A stretch of 62,221 nt of DNA, filler included, from Sphacelaria rigidula (Eukaryota): NCBI GenBank assembly GCA_964200075.2. It is 9 parts of 9 records of this genome, joined end to end, with 100 filler letters (N's around TTAATTAATTAA, not from the genome) between each part and the next. Parts side by side here need not be neighbours in the genome. Positions count along the whole stretch, not along the records: positions 20,776 to 27,600 come from CAXNAA020017898.1; positions 27,701 to 34,525 come from CAXNAA020017899.1; positions 34,626 to 41,449 come from CAXNAA020017900.1; 6 more parts are not named here. One strand, given 5' to 3'. This document shows positions 23,980 to 37,103 of this stretch, piece by piece. The translations under genes and the position numbers were made by a program. The number at the start of each line of letters is the position of its first letter. Within the stretch, counting starts at the first letter, position 1. The notes below the pieces were generated by a model. The model was not told the DNA's origin, did no database searches, and saw only the letters and a list, made by a program, of their open reading frames with translations.

Positions 23980-24863
23980 GGAGCCCGAATATATGGGGCT
24001 TAATGTGCTACCCAAATCTCCGGGGAACGGACTACCAGAAATATGGTGTTTGCACGAAGGGGCCTTTTCGTGAATCGACATCATTTTCAGTCTTTTTCAA
24101 GTAAACTTGATGTCAACTCTCAAAATGACCCGTCCAACACCCCGAGCAGCCCCGAGAAACGGTTTCGCTGAAATAGTGCCACCCCTACCGTAGCATTTCT
24201 CAAAAGCGAAAATGCAAACGTGTACCGTAAGCCAAAATACAGTAACGGAAAAACTTTAACCCGTATTGTTTCTGCGGGAAATCATTGGTATTCGACCCCG
24301 CGAAGTGAAAGTGAGTAAGTGAACACTCCTTGGGGCTACTCAGGTGTTTGCATCTGTACCAATGTACACAACTTTCGGTCACCGCAACAACCCCCAAGGA
24401 GCAAATCCAAGCTCGTGGTACCCGCGAAGAATAGGACGAAGTCGACGCCATGCAAGCATGAGTACAGCTGTGATATCTGTGTATCCATTAGTGCAGTCAA
24501 ACATTTAGGTGATCGGCGCGAAGTCACTCTCAGCCCTCGTCGTGGACGAGCTGTTTGGTATGGACCATCCGGGCTGTGCCCTTTAACCCGTATCTCTTGC
24601 TGAACACGTGTAAACAGAAAGCAATACTACTGTACGCATTCCCGGCAGAAGAGGCTCAACTCGGATCAAGGGTGCGTCGTTTTCAGCACCAAAACACTGT
24701 TTTGCTGGACCAGACCCTATACCCAAAGGTCGCCAAAATGACAAGCTATCTATTTTCCTTGTCATTGCTCAAAAAGAGCTAATGTAGAGACTGTCAAAAT
24801 TTCGACCACATGTCTACCACGAACTGGAAAAAATATATCATTATCGTTTTTGGACACGAACTG

Positions 24864-26241
24864 CTAAGTCCACAGCACTACTGATGGAAGAGCAAGGAAT
24901 TCCTCGTGATCTTCCATGCCGTAGTTGTAAGACCTGATGTCTTTGGTAGCCCAGGCGTTTTGGCGATATGTTGATGTTAGTCTCGACCACGCATGATGCC
25001 ATAACTTGGGAGGGAGCGGGGGGGGGTGGGTGGTCTCACGGGTATGCATGCCATAGTCATCAGAACATTGACCTCGCATCCCTACAAAGCCGGGACGGAG
25101 GACGCCGGGTTTTCGCCGGACCAGGCTCGAACTCAAATCACCAAGCGCGAAGCACCGTGGTGTGCTCGGCGAGTCGCATGAAGGGTAAGCTGCATTCTGC
25201 TAAGATTATTCGGCCCGAAGCCTACTGATTACCTTGCATCTGGATGGCAGCCTACATTGAGTTGTTTCATTTTCTGGTATCGCCACTTCCAGAGACAGCC
25301 ACGGCTGATACACTGCCTCATGGGTATCTCACTATTTGAACACCACGTAGTACGATCATCCCCTTTGTGCAAAGTTGAGGTTCTCCCACGCCGCACAACA
25401 TGACCTAGCTCGACCACTATCATATTTACTGCAAAACAAACGCCAGCGCGCAAAAACAAATCGGTAGCCTGGTTGCCTACCTCACGCAGTGAGTGGCGTA
25501 TTTTACAGCATCATCGCCAACCGAGGCCAACCGCAAACTTGGGAAGGGGGAGATAAACTCATGGTTCCGCATGTCTGTAGTCATGAGACCATTGACTTCG
25601 CATCCCTACGAAGCCGGGACGGAGCACACCGGGATTTTGCCGGACCAGGCTCAAGGACGGAAGGGAGGTAATTCAGGATTTCCATGTCTCGACCCTACAG
25701 CTACCGGCGTCCCCAACGATTGAGTCGGGACCAGTCCCACTCGATCAATGACTGTCAGCTACGCTCGCCCGTCTACATATGCTCAGCGGGTTAACCTCCC
25801 GCCGCACCCCTTGGGACCAACCCGGAGGCCAAACTCACACATCAGCACAAGTTCTGGCGAGTTTTATGGATTCGAGTCCCGGCAGTACAGCTCCCTTTTT
25901 TCTGGATTCCGGTCGCGCGAAAACATGATTACTTGTGTTGGCAAAGATATCGCCAAATCAGAAGAGGAAAGTGGATAAGTTGTGGGAGTGCCGATCCACA
26001 CTTCGACAATAAAGTACAACGTGAGAACCGGAAAAGCGATGGAACTCGCCTCGAGGTATCCAAGTGTAGGGGTGGGAAGTACAACAAAATCTAAACGTGG
26101 CCGATGTTTCCTGTTTTCTAATGACCACACTGTTGCTTCTACTGTGTTTTGTGCGCTGTTCTTGAGGTGCACACCCACACATGCTCACATCGTTGAATCA
26201 CTTACGGGTTGCTGCTACTGTTGCTGGTGTTGTCGTCGTCG

Positions 26242-26297
<56 letters not shown>

Positions 26298-26435
26298 TAG
26301 GTCCATGTGCTGTACGCGCACCACCAAGTCATTATCCAGAAACGAAAACTCCGTGACAATATCTGGTGGCATCGGGGGTCGCCCTTGCGGCGATCCTGGG
26401 CATCCTTCGTGCATTTCTCCATTCTTCACACAGGT
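24864..26435 (-). CDS. Putative spliced gene of unknown function; candidate exons 26435-26206, 25901-25839, 25331-25233 and 24933-24864
   Basis: Canonical AG acceptors and donors GTAAGT, GTGAGT and GTAATC. Three consecutive junctions keep one open frame: ...DLD(n)NTSNSSSNP|KKGAVLPGLESIKLARTCADV|EIPMRQCISRGCLWKWRYQKMKQLNVGCHPDAR|SYNYGMEDHEEFLALPS. No homology recognised. Confidence 0.4.
26232..26297. repeat. (GTC)22 trinucleotide microsatellite (poly-Asp in the minus-strand exon model)
   Basis: Directly visible, with one interruption. Confidence 0.97.
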
Positions 26436-29400
26436 CTAAGGCAGAAGGGATTTGGGAAATGTTCGAAACAAACAATGCTGTCATCATTTTTTCAGCTATC
26501 GTCCGTCTGATTGTACGGTACCAGCGTTGGTAGGTATTGGTTGATTTTGACAGATAGACTGACAGACTGACTGATTGATTGGTTGTCGCACACTAGATGA
26601 TCTCCAGGTATGTTGATGCATGTCGCCATCAATCTACGTTCTAATATCGAAGAAAAATACACGATCACTTTCTTCACGATATTGCCTTTACGCACTGGTA
26701 GACCATGGCACATGCAGGACAGCTGTTGAAGAATGGCGTACTGGAGCCACATTCACCATGCGTTCACCTCCATTGAAGCTATACGGTTGAGGAAATGTCC
26801 ACACACACGGCGAAGGTCTGAACCTAGATGAAGAGGAGCATAAACAAATATACACTAGGTGACCTAACCCAGAATCTCCGTGGAAGAGGAGAGACAATCA
26901 TTTTCGCTAGCTCCCTGACAAATATGTGTCTGTAGATTCAGACGACAACCAAATGGAATGCTTGTTGTACTGTCAAGCGCACACTTAAAAAATACTCACA
27001 GCACCATTTCAGTTACGATCCGAATCCACAGAAATAATCATCATTTTTGCCGAGTGTTTTCTTCCGCTTTTTGCGATTGATTGCGCTGAGGAAAACCTCA
27101 TACTCTGAGGAATCAAAATGGTAAATCACGGGCTTTCGAAACTATTTACATGTGGTGAAAAGTGCTAGAGGATGGAAACCTCTTACCCCCAGAGTGATGC
27201 CGAGCTAATCCTCTCCAGAAAAGGGGGTGGCTTGAAGGAGCAAAATCTACATGCGACTCAAAATGAGGGAAGCCAAGTACACCAAGCAGCTTGGGATTTC
27301 CACGCTTCGGATCGTTGCTGCCAATGTCGCCCATATGAGGCTCTTGATGCAGTCTGAAACCAGACTTCATGCGCAATATGAATATTTTATTCGTGGCAGT
27401 TCTGGAGCTTGTTCAGGAGTTGTACTCACGATCATGCATGCTATAGTCATGGCACCATTAACCTTGCATCTCTATAAAGCCGAGACGGAGCACGCCGGGT
27501 TTTCGCTGGACCAGGCTCGCTCTCAATCACCAAGCACGAAGCGCCGTGGTGTGTTCGTCGAGTCGCATGAAGGGTGGGCTGCATCCTGCTAAGGTTGTTC
27601 NNNNNNNNNNNNNNNNNNNNNNNNNNNNNNNNNNNNNNNNNNNNTTAATTAATTAANNNNNNNNNNNNNNNNNNNNNNNNNNNNNNNNNNNNNNNNNNNN
27701 AGGATATTAGCTGTTCTAGAAAAAAGAACAAAAAGCAAAATGACTATCTTACCTTCGCCGTCGGGGCGTGGGGGGGGGGGGGGGGGGGGGCTATGTGTCC
27801 GAGACATTTCTCCACGCTACCCCCTTGGCTACACACAAATATAATACACTGGTATACCATCGCAAAAAGTATATCCACCTATATAGGTGGATCCTTATTT
27901 ACACCGTGATTTTTTATCATGACCGATTCCGCGTTGTTTCTTCTAATTTGGGAGCCCAAATATTTTCAATCAGCTGCCCGTTACCGATGGTTTCCAACAA
28001 ACTAGGTTTGGGTTACGAGCAAAACCAGAGCCAAGTTTTTGAGTTTGAGAGCGCCACTAGTAGCCTGCCACTGAGCCCCTTGATACCCCTGACTAGGATG
28101 TTGACGTGTAGCTGTAAGCACACGATGGATGCGAAGAAAAGCACACACGGAATGAAAAAATGGCGAAGTTACAGCGAATCATCAAAGCCACTCAGTCAGC
28201 GCTCTACTCTCAATCTCACGAAAACGTGGTCAGTAGTACAATGCGGTGCCACAATACAGGCCGCGGATTTTGCGAACAGTACGACATCACAAGTATAGGC
28301 TATGCTTCGCAAACACGGCACAGCTGTAGCCTGTACTTGCTATCTTGGACTACTACATGTCCGAGTACAGTCTGTACTCTGCCAGGTTGCGAGCACGGGC
28401 TGTACTCGGGAGAACAGTAGGCAGCTGTGCTTTGCCAATACAGTACGGTACTATACCGTCCTACTATCGATACATTCAGCGGGTGACGATGATTTTTGGT
28501 GTGTACAATTGATGAAGCACGGAGATATGATGGATACCCTCACCTTCACCTTATTCGTAATCTGTCTACTTCGCTCGCGGTCGGAATCTTGCCTCGCCCG
28601 ACAGCCGCCGCGATCCCTGAGATATCCAGTGTCGAAATAGGCGCATCGGCACGCATCACGCTCAATTAAAGCTACCAACTAGCCAAGGGTTTTGAGCCAG
28701 TTTCTTTGACGTTTTGACCTACCTTCGTAAACTCCTCTACAGTCGTAACTGCTCCGACATTTTCTTTTTTCGTACGATCTCCGGACTTTCTGCTGAGTAC
28801 GTTGTCGATCGCCTGAAGGGATGGAGTGTTCCGCGAGACGCGCGACGGCAGAGGCCAGCCGGCTTCAGTCAAGGGCATGGGATGGCGGATGAAGCCTGCT
28901 GTTGTTTGTGAAGCGTATGGAAAGGAGAGTAGCGAAGGGGGTACTGGCGGCAGAGGGGCGGACGCCAGTCGTGAGTCGAAGCGAGCGCCAGCGCAAGCCG
29001 GTACTACGACGCGCACATCTGAGGTTGCGCTATCGAGTACTTGTCACAGGTATATGGGCATATGTACAGCATCGATCGAAACTCCCTTGATGAGTTTCAC
29101 AGGCGTAGGGGCATATACACGCCAAAACACTCATCACAGATGGACAGAGCAAGTTCGGGTTCAAATTTGTACTTTCGTTGTGTTCACTTCGCGGTGCAAA
29201 TGTTGTTTGAACACCGTCCCACGTATATGAATTGTATTTGGGCAGGTTGCATCGCCAGCGTTCCTCGGCAATGTTCCTCATGGTGAGGATTGAAGGCAAC
29301 AGTATGCACGAGACAGTTGCAAAAACAGCTTGTCTCGTCCGTGTTGTCGTGTATGTCACGGCTCGTATCTCGCCGCGACCTCCCCGTTTGCAAAGACAAA

Positions 29401-30544
29401 GAGCGCACAGGCGAACTCGGGTACACCCGGTCGTTCCGTGGCGTACCGGCGCATCGCCCCTGAAAAGTAGAGCTTGAAGATACCTTACGTGCAGGTGCTT
29501 CCGCGAGACGAAAAAAACATGATAACCGCACATCACCCACCCCGCCTCTCCAGCACCCCACCTAGATCACATCTCGCAGTCGTTCCCTCAAGGTGGAAGA
29601 TCACAACAATCGGATGCGAATGCAGAGGGGTTCACGGAGGTGAGTAGGAACCAGCCTTGCTCCGGTTGCTGGCTGTACACTCGCTGGAGCGGGCTTGCAC
29701 AGTCTTGAACTCTGATTTAAACTTATTGTAATTGTCTTCCGGGTCGGCCTCGTTCACACTTGCGGTATTTCGTTCGAGACGACAAACGTGGATTGTGAGA
29801 ACAACCGACCTCGCCCCTCCTGAGCGGTACAGTAGGGTCTGCCTGTACTGTGTCGAGTCGCTCGTGAGGCCGCTCCGTGTAGCAGACAAAAATAAAACCC
29901 CGAAGAAGCTGCTCACCTCCCACAGATAAGGGTAACTCAAAGTTAAGTAAAGCATTTTCGCGGTAATCCGGAGTATGGCCGAGCGTTTGAAAATCGCCGC
30001 TGGGCAAAAATCGAGGACCCACCTGAAATCGGGGCAAGGGCTATCGAATGGGGCATGTGCTGTATGACTGGGCTGCAGCACAGACACACTCATGGTCTGT
30101 CTTGTGCGTTGCACGTGTCGCTGCGCTGTGGCGTCTTGAGGCCTTTGTGGAGACAGTTTGATCTCCGGTGGGAGTGCCTGATTTGCTCAAAATATTGTTG
30201 GCACGCAGTGTTCTTTACACACGGTTGAAACTTTCATGGGGTGTTGGCCGTTTCGTCTCTAGTCAAAGGAATAAGGCGCTCCCCAAACCCATCACCTCCC
30301 CCCTCGGATGGGGTTCGTGAAATATCTCTGGAGGGATTCAAAAAGTCTGATGGGCTTTGCGGGATTCGTAAAATATCTGCCTCTGCTCCTTACACCCTAA
30401 ATCCCGACGACTTCAGGCATAGGAAAAATACAAAAGAGCGACGCTTTCTACCTTTTTTTCGTGTTTTTAGTGGAGTTTTGGGGGGAAACGAACGTTGCTC
30501 TTGGGCCTCATCTCGATGTTTTGGCTCAATTTTTAGAATTATGA

Positions 30545-31135
30545 TTTGAAACTTGGCACGGAGAACCACAAGAGTATTGCGAGAAAACAAAAGTGAGCCT
30601 CCATCTTCCAAGATTTTTTCGTAGAGATTACGTTGTTCACGTGAAAAAATGGTCTTCACCACACTAGAACGCCCTAAACCTGTGAAAAAAATAATTAAAG
30701 AACTGACCTGCTTTGTTCTGTTGATTTTTCCTTGGAGAGCGCCCACGCAACATTTCAATAGACAAAAATCACATGCCGGCCGGTGGGTGACCTTCGGGAT
30801 ACTGTTCCGAATTTCGACCGATCCTGTTTTCTGAAGGCCCATGCTTCCGCCAATATTTAGAGTTGGACCCTGAAATTTGGTATGCACAAGGAATGGGGCA
30901 TGGAGCTAAATTATCTCGGTGCCAAAATAGTTTTTTCCAACAGTCCGGGGCAATAATCAGTTTTCCGCTTTCAGGAAAATGCCTTCCACTCATGAAAAAA
31001 AATGGTACCGACGTCATTTTTTTCCATGCCCTTTTTTCATTGTAAATACAAAATTTCAGGGTCCAACTCCAAATATTGGCGGGAGCGTGGGCCTCAAAAC
31101 TTCAAATCCGCCTCCAGGCTGGCCGAGCTCGTAAG
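30545..31135. mobile_element. Older relative of the foldback element, with only a short central inverted repeat
   Basis: Colinear with 31500-32055 (ATACTGTTCCGAATTTC, GGCCCATGCT.CCGCCAATATTT, GGGCAATAATCAGTTTT). Internal hairpin at ~30835-31095. Confidence 0.8.
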
Positions 31136-31454
31136 AAAAGGCCTGAGTAGCGTGCTAGAGTAGGTCGGAGGATATCGTAAGACGGTCAACCGCAAACGTT
31201 GCGGGACATATGACTGACTAAATCCCGACCCCAACCGCCGACACTGCTGCTGTACGAGCTGGGCCAGCCTGAAAACGGATTTGAGCTGTATAAGTAATAT
31301 CTCATCGACATAGACGAGTTTGGCCGTGATCCGCATATCGTATCAATCGTCTGATCAAGGGCAAGGTTCCCGTCTGCTCAAAAGTTTGGGCTAATATTTT
31401 CTCGTTGGTTGAACCCCATGCCTAGTAATCCCTATACCTAAGGGGAATAGCGCC

Positions 31455-32390
31455 AATACTAGAATCTCTATGACACTCCCAATCGATGCATTTAGCGGAT
31501 GGAGACGAATTTTGGTGTGGAGAACGCAAAAGAGCCGAATGAAGAACAAAATGGACCTGCATTTGTTTTTCGTAGAGGTTCAGGCGTTCTCGTAAAGAAA
31601 TGGTCTTTACCGTAGTATAACACCCTAAACCAGTGAAGAAAAACGAAAAAAAGCAACCCGACCCACTTTGTTCTCTTGATTATGCGCTCAAAGAGCGCCC
31701 AACCAAAATATAATGCACCAAGATCAAAGATAGGCCAGTGAGTGGCCTGCGAAATACTGTTCCGAATTTCTACCGACCTGTCTTTTAAAAGGCCCATGCT
31801 CCCGCCAATATTTGGGGTTGGACCTTAGAATTTGGTATGGACAATGCATAGGGCATGTGAAAAAAATACATCGGCACCATTTTTTATTTTTCATTTCATG
31901 AGTCTAGGGCAATAATCAGTTTTATCAGTGAAATACCTTAGACTCATGAAATAAAAAATAAAAAATGGTGCCGATGTATTTTTTTTCCATGCCCTATGCA
32001 CTGTCCATACCAAATTTTAAGGTCCAACCCCAAACATTGGCGGGAGCATGGGCCTTTTAAAAGCCGGGTCGGTAGAAATTCGGAACAGTATTTCGCAGGC
32101 CACTCACTGGCCTATCTTTGATCTTGGTGCATTATATTTTGGTTGGGCGCTCTCTGAGCGCATAATCTAGAGAACAAAGTGGGTCGGGTTGCTTTTTTTC
32201 GTTTTTCTTCACTGGTTTAGGGTGTTATATTACGGTAAAGACCATTTCTTTACGAGAACGCCTGAACCTCTACGGAAAACAAATACAGGTCCATTTTGTT
32301 CTTTATTCGGCTCTTTTGCGTTCTCCACACCAAAATTCGTCTCCATCCGCTAAATGCATCGATCGGGAGTGTCATAGAGATTCTAGTATT
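31455..32390. mobile_element. ~936-bp near-perfect palindrome (foldback/long-TIR MITE), arms ~450 bp, probable TA target site
   Basis: AATACTAGAATCTCTATGACACTCCC... is mirrored by ...GGGAGTGTCATAGAGATTCTAGTATT. The arms match with scattered substitutions around a ~30-bp loop near 31908-31938. Confidence 0.95.
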
Positions 32391-32973
32391 TAACTGATAC
32401 CTGTAACAAATGATGAAAACTGCTGGTGTCGATGTAATACTTTTTTTCACGCTCTATTCATTGTCCATACCAAATTTCAGGGTCCGACTCTAGGTATTGG
32501 CGGAAGCATGGGCCTGCAAACTTCAAATCCGCTACTAGGCTGGCCCAGCTCGTATCGCATTGCTGACTGCGCTAAAGCGTGACGTGGGTTGTATGACATA
32601 GACCATGATTATGACTACACGGTTCCTCGCTTTCTCGCCACGACTGAACATTATTACAAGATTTGAGGACACAACGAAGTAATGCAGTGCTGTCAGCCCC
32701 GTAACGTACAAACAGCATCTGTTGGTGAGAGCCCCCCCCCCCCCCCCCCCCCCCNNNNNNNNNNTGGGCTGCTTCCCCGCTCCACAACAAAAACCACTTT
32801 TTGGTGGAAGCCCCCCCCCCCCCCCCCCCTGCACGTACCTTGCGTGGTAATACATGTTGAGACAAGTCTCAGAAAAGCTTCGAGCCGGAATCATCGAATT
32901 CAGAGTGCTCCTCACAGTCATCGATTGTGGTGAATCTGTATGGCGTCGGGATCATCGTACTGTCGTCGGACAG

Positions 32974-34525
32974 GTTCCCCCTGCCGGGAGATGTCGTGAT
33001 GGGGATCGGGGTGGAGAGCACGCAGCCACCGGAGGTCGCTCTCGAGCTTGATCGTCTCACGGAGCTCATCCTCCACAACCGCGTTATCGCGACCGAGGTT
33101 GAGGGCCGTATGGAGAGGGCCTTCCAAAAGGCTCTTCAGTCGGAGATGTCAAAGGTGAGCCCCCGAAACACCGAATATTTTCTCGACGTATAGCGATCCT
33201 TAGCCCGCGTCTTCGGCCGACGTGCAGGTACTGGATCGGATTTGAACACTCGCGACTTATATCAGATGTACCAGGTGTAGCTTACACCAATGACTCCGAC
33301 CTCGCGTGTGTTCATGTGCCACCTTTGCCGGCAGTATGATGTCAGTCAGCGAGGTGTACGTGGGGCCGACACCACTCCCATCCGCGCTGCCCACGGACAC
33401 GGGAGGATTACTCGTTCGGGGTCCAGGCGACACGACCGAAAAGATCATGACGGGTGCTTCACAGACAGACTTTCGGCTACAAGCTGGAGGTGAGAACAGC
33501 GCTGCATGGGGGGCGATGAAGACTCTGTGACCCCGTAGTCCTCTCTTCCCTCGCCCTTTACCGCCGTTTGCGTCCTGATATGTACGCGACTGTCTCACGA
33601 TTTGAAGGGATGTCGGGGGTGCACGAAAAAACAAAACGCACACCTATGAACCCTTCCCCCCCTACCCGAACGGGACGGCGCGGGACGTGCTAGAGGGGGA
33701 AATCCGGGACGTGAACGAAGGTGGTATGCAATCGTTTGATGCATTAAGCAGTAGGGAGAAGACGATATCTATACTAGGAGATAGTGGCCAGAGACGGCGA
33801 AACAGAACGGGGATAAGATATGTAAAAGGTTTTTGTGTAATGTATGGGAAAATCGTAGTGAGCTTCTGCAGGAACGTAATGAGCGCTGGAATGTTGGAGG
33901 TGTCTTTGTTAGGAGTAGGAACGGTGCTCCGTCTCGAAAAATATGCGTGGTCAAAGGTCAAACAACCAAGGCAAGCAACAAACGAGTACGCCCCCCCCCT
34001 ACCCCCCTGAGAGGTCCAAATAAAAAGGGGGACATGGGTGCGCGTTTTTGTTTTTTCGTGCACCGTTGGAGATGTAGTCTTTTTTTACTGCGTGGTATCG
34101 ACTTTGTTTCCCTCCCGCTTTACCAAACTTCGTGAAAAAACAGTCTTTTTCGGGTCCGTTCATGGGCGCGTCCACATCGCGATGCCCAGGGGACATGTGG
34201 TTTCGGGAACAACTACACATCGTGGTTTTGAGACCCCTGTCTGAGCGCTGATTCCAACCACCGCCCCTTCTCCGTATCCCGAATGACCTTTCTCATGTTC
34301 GTTGCCGCCGGCCGTCTCTACCTTGCCCACCGTTGATTTCGGTCGCAGCGTTTGACGTTCAATCAGATAAACGAGCTGTTCCTCATCACAAAGCCCGGCC
34401 AGCAGAACATCGTATACCCTGAAATTCCCTTGTGGGGAAAGTACAGGGTATACAACACGCCTAGAGAGGCTGTGGATTCGATACCTCAAGAAATTCTGCA
34501 TCAGCAATGTATTCGCATGGTCTTG
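32974..34525 (+). CDS. Probable coding exons of an unidentified spliced gene (32974-33154, ~33335-33489, 34349 to fragment end)
   Basis: GC-rich open segments bounded by CAG acceptors and GTGAG donors: FPLPGDVVMG...ALQSEMSK; ...VYVGPTPLP...; RLTFNQINELFLITKPGQQNIVYPEIPLWGKYR. The phases do not link cleanly. Confidence 0.4.
33668..33990 (+). mobile_element. 5'-truncated LINE 3' fragment in an intron
   Basis: Frameshifted RDVLEGEIRDVNEGGMQSFDALSSREKTISILGD-WPETAKQNGDKICKRFLCNVW...RSRNGAPSRK, which resembles from memory the C-terminus of brown-algal LINE ORF2. Flanked on both sides by CCCCCCTACCC (TSD-like). Confidence 0.7.
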
Positions 34526-34689
34526 NNNNNNNNNNNNNNNNNNNNNNNNNNNNNNNNNNNNNNNNNNNNTTAATTAATTAANNNNNNNNNNNNNNNNNNN
34601 NNNNNNNNNNNNNNNNNNNNNNNNNCTACTTTTTCCCGTCACATGTGGGTACAATTTCCAAAAACAAGGGTACAATTGGGAGAAACGTA

Positions 34690-34832
34690 GTCACAGCAGG
34701 GTACACCGTGGCCGTCTACCGCCGCCGCCGGGTGAAAATGGTCGTTGGCCAATCAGCTGCGCCCGTTTCTCCTCCAAACAAAGAGGGTACCCAGGTTTGT
34801 CGCTAATGCACCGTGGTATACCCTACTGTGAC
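34690..34832. mobile_element. Small MITE-like inverted repeat
   Basis: GTCACAGCAGGGTACACC ... GGTATACCCTACTGTGAC (18 bp, 2 mismatches). Confidence 0.6.
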
Positions 34833-35339
34833 GTTTGCCCCAGAATATATATACTCGAGATTAGCGGTAAAACCAGTGACGCTATATCGTGAGAACAAAG
34901 ATCGTAGTATAACCTCAAAGAAGTGAAATGTTCATCGTAGAATAATGAATAGCTCATGTACTGTGTAGCTCGTATACAGAAAGTCAGCATATTGTCAGAA
35001 TATTGAAGAGTTGGTCACGAAGAGTCCAAGGTATCAAGAGTTCGAGAAAACAGTTTTATAGTGGCCAAGAGCTTTGTCGAGAGATTAACATAGCCCTAAG
35101 CTACTACTCTCCACAGCGACCCACCTGAAGTAAGCCTACCAGCTTGTCATCAGTATTCTATAGAGACTGATTGTGTTTGAGTCGAGTTCGGCCGAGTGAA
35201 GTGCCAAGTTTAAACTCTATTTCTCTCAATACACAAGCGAGTGTTCAACCAACACTGTGCGTCTCTGCGAGCTGTCTTGTCAGAGCTGGGTTCACCAGTT
35301 GAACCAATTGTTCCTGTCACATTGACAGTCGAACACTTT

Positions 35340-35650
35340 TTTTTTCCCACACCATGCTCAACAGTGGAAAACGACTATGTCGTGGGTAAACAAAATACGA
35401 CTTAACGGGCGACGAGGGAAAGGGACTGCTGAACCCCCCTCGCGATAAAAAATGAAAGGCAAGCCCCGCAGAAGAAAGGTGTGGCACTAAAGACAACTAA
35501 AAAAGAAAAAAGCTCCCGTGTTGACCTTCCTCCTGTGTGTCCCCAGCTGATGGCGCCCACGTATACCGAAAGGTGTAGACCGGGGCGTCCAGAATGGATG
35601 GGACGACAACTGTGTATTTTGTACACAACGAACGATGGCCATATACATTC
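35340..35650 (+). mobile_element. 5'-truncated copy of tRNA-derived SINE family A
   Basis: Colinear with 55585-55865 (ATGCTCAACAGTGGA, CGACGAGGGAA, GCTGAACCCC, TGTTGACCTTCCTCCTGTGTG, TATACCGAAA). Confidence 0.8.
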
Positions 35651-37103
35651 AACAGGTTACGAGCCTCGCTACGCAGGTTAGAGACTCACCACGTTTACAG
35701 TGAAGGCCATGACAGGGTGTTGACGATACAGCACCTTGTGGGAATGAACACCAACACAGGGTCTTGACGGAGCACCTTGTGGGGGTGAATACCATGACGG
35801 GGTCTGATATATACACACGCTCGTTAGAGCACACATATGGAATTCGTACAGCAATGAAGACCCCGTTTTTCTTCTTTTGGAAACTGGGGAAAGCGAGGAT
35901 TGATTTCGAGCAGCCTCTGTTGTTCGAATCCCCGTCAATTTATGATGACATTGCGCAACAGGTGGACTTGCGGGCAGCCTCTGTTGTTCAAATCCAGCAT
36001 ACTGTACCCTTGTCAGCGTACGAAATTTGAACGGCAGAGACTGACCAAAACCCTTCGCCTTACCTTCCAAATTAAAAAACCTAATGATCACTCCGGTCTG
36101 CATTTTTGAGGTTGGTTCCGTTCACCACAGTATCTAGCTATCATGGTAATGCACGGTAAAAATTGGATGTTAATGGATCACCCTGGTACTCATCGGTGAA
36201 GGAACCCGCCACCTTGAAAGATTATCTTCGAAAAAGAGTCAAGTGTGTATCCTACTATACTGAATTGTTCTTGTTGTCTCGAAAAACCGATCTCATACTG
36301 AATTTTATTAAACACACAGTATACACTATCACCGATTCAGGCTCATCATCATGAGTTCCCTCCGTTATTACCGATTTGTGCAAACTTTTGGATGTAAGCT
36401 GTGGATTGTTTTGTTACTTTTGTCCAAGGTTACCGCCGCAGGGGGTGGTCTTAACTGGGGATCGTCTCCAACCGCCGCCGTCAAATACACCCAAGCAAAC
36501 CCACAGCGGCATGCAGGTGTTTCCAACGAGTGGGTATCTAGCAGGTGTTCAAGGGGTGACATGCGTTGATTGTACGCACGAACTGAGAAGGAATGGCAGC
36601 GGAAAAATATGTAGTAAATATAAACTGAAAAAAAACGGTCCTCTGGAGGGGGGGGAGGGGGAAGGGGGGAGGGGGAGGGGGGACGTAGGTGTGCGGGATT
36701 TGTTTTCGTGCACCCTTGGTCAAAGTAAAAAACTGGAACCTATACCAGAAACAATCATCGTTGACAGAACAGAAAAACCGTGATCGGAAAGCGAAACGTG
36801 TCGTTGGAGGGCCAGCGGAGGAAATTGCGACCAAAAGTAGGAACATGGCAGCTCGCGTGACACTCCATTCTCACAATCTTGAGTACACCGGACGCCAACT
36901 ATACTCTTTCTATAGTGGTATTATACTTGTAGTCATGTGGAAAGGCGACAACTCCGCGACAGACACTTTTGAAATTCGTTTTTCCATGTATGTGGTGGTA
37001 CAGAATGCACACCAGCCCCCGCCTTTGGGAGTCTCCGTGTGCTTTGTTCAACGAGAAGAACGTACGTGATGACAGGGGATGGCATGCGTTGCGGACGACG
37101 TAC

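Noticed and set aside
28540-29825. Minus-strand exon-like pieces (AIDNVLSRK..., GGARSVVLTIHV...)
   Set aside because: Splice-like borders, but inconsistent phases and no recognisable protein; left unannotated.
34827-35321. Solo LTR bounded by TGTGAC...GTCACA
   Set aside because: No TSD (CCTAC vs TTGAC), and the left TGTGAC is better explained as the TIR of the adjacent MITE. The region may still be LTR-derived, but its ends are unsupported.
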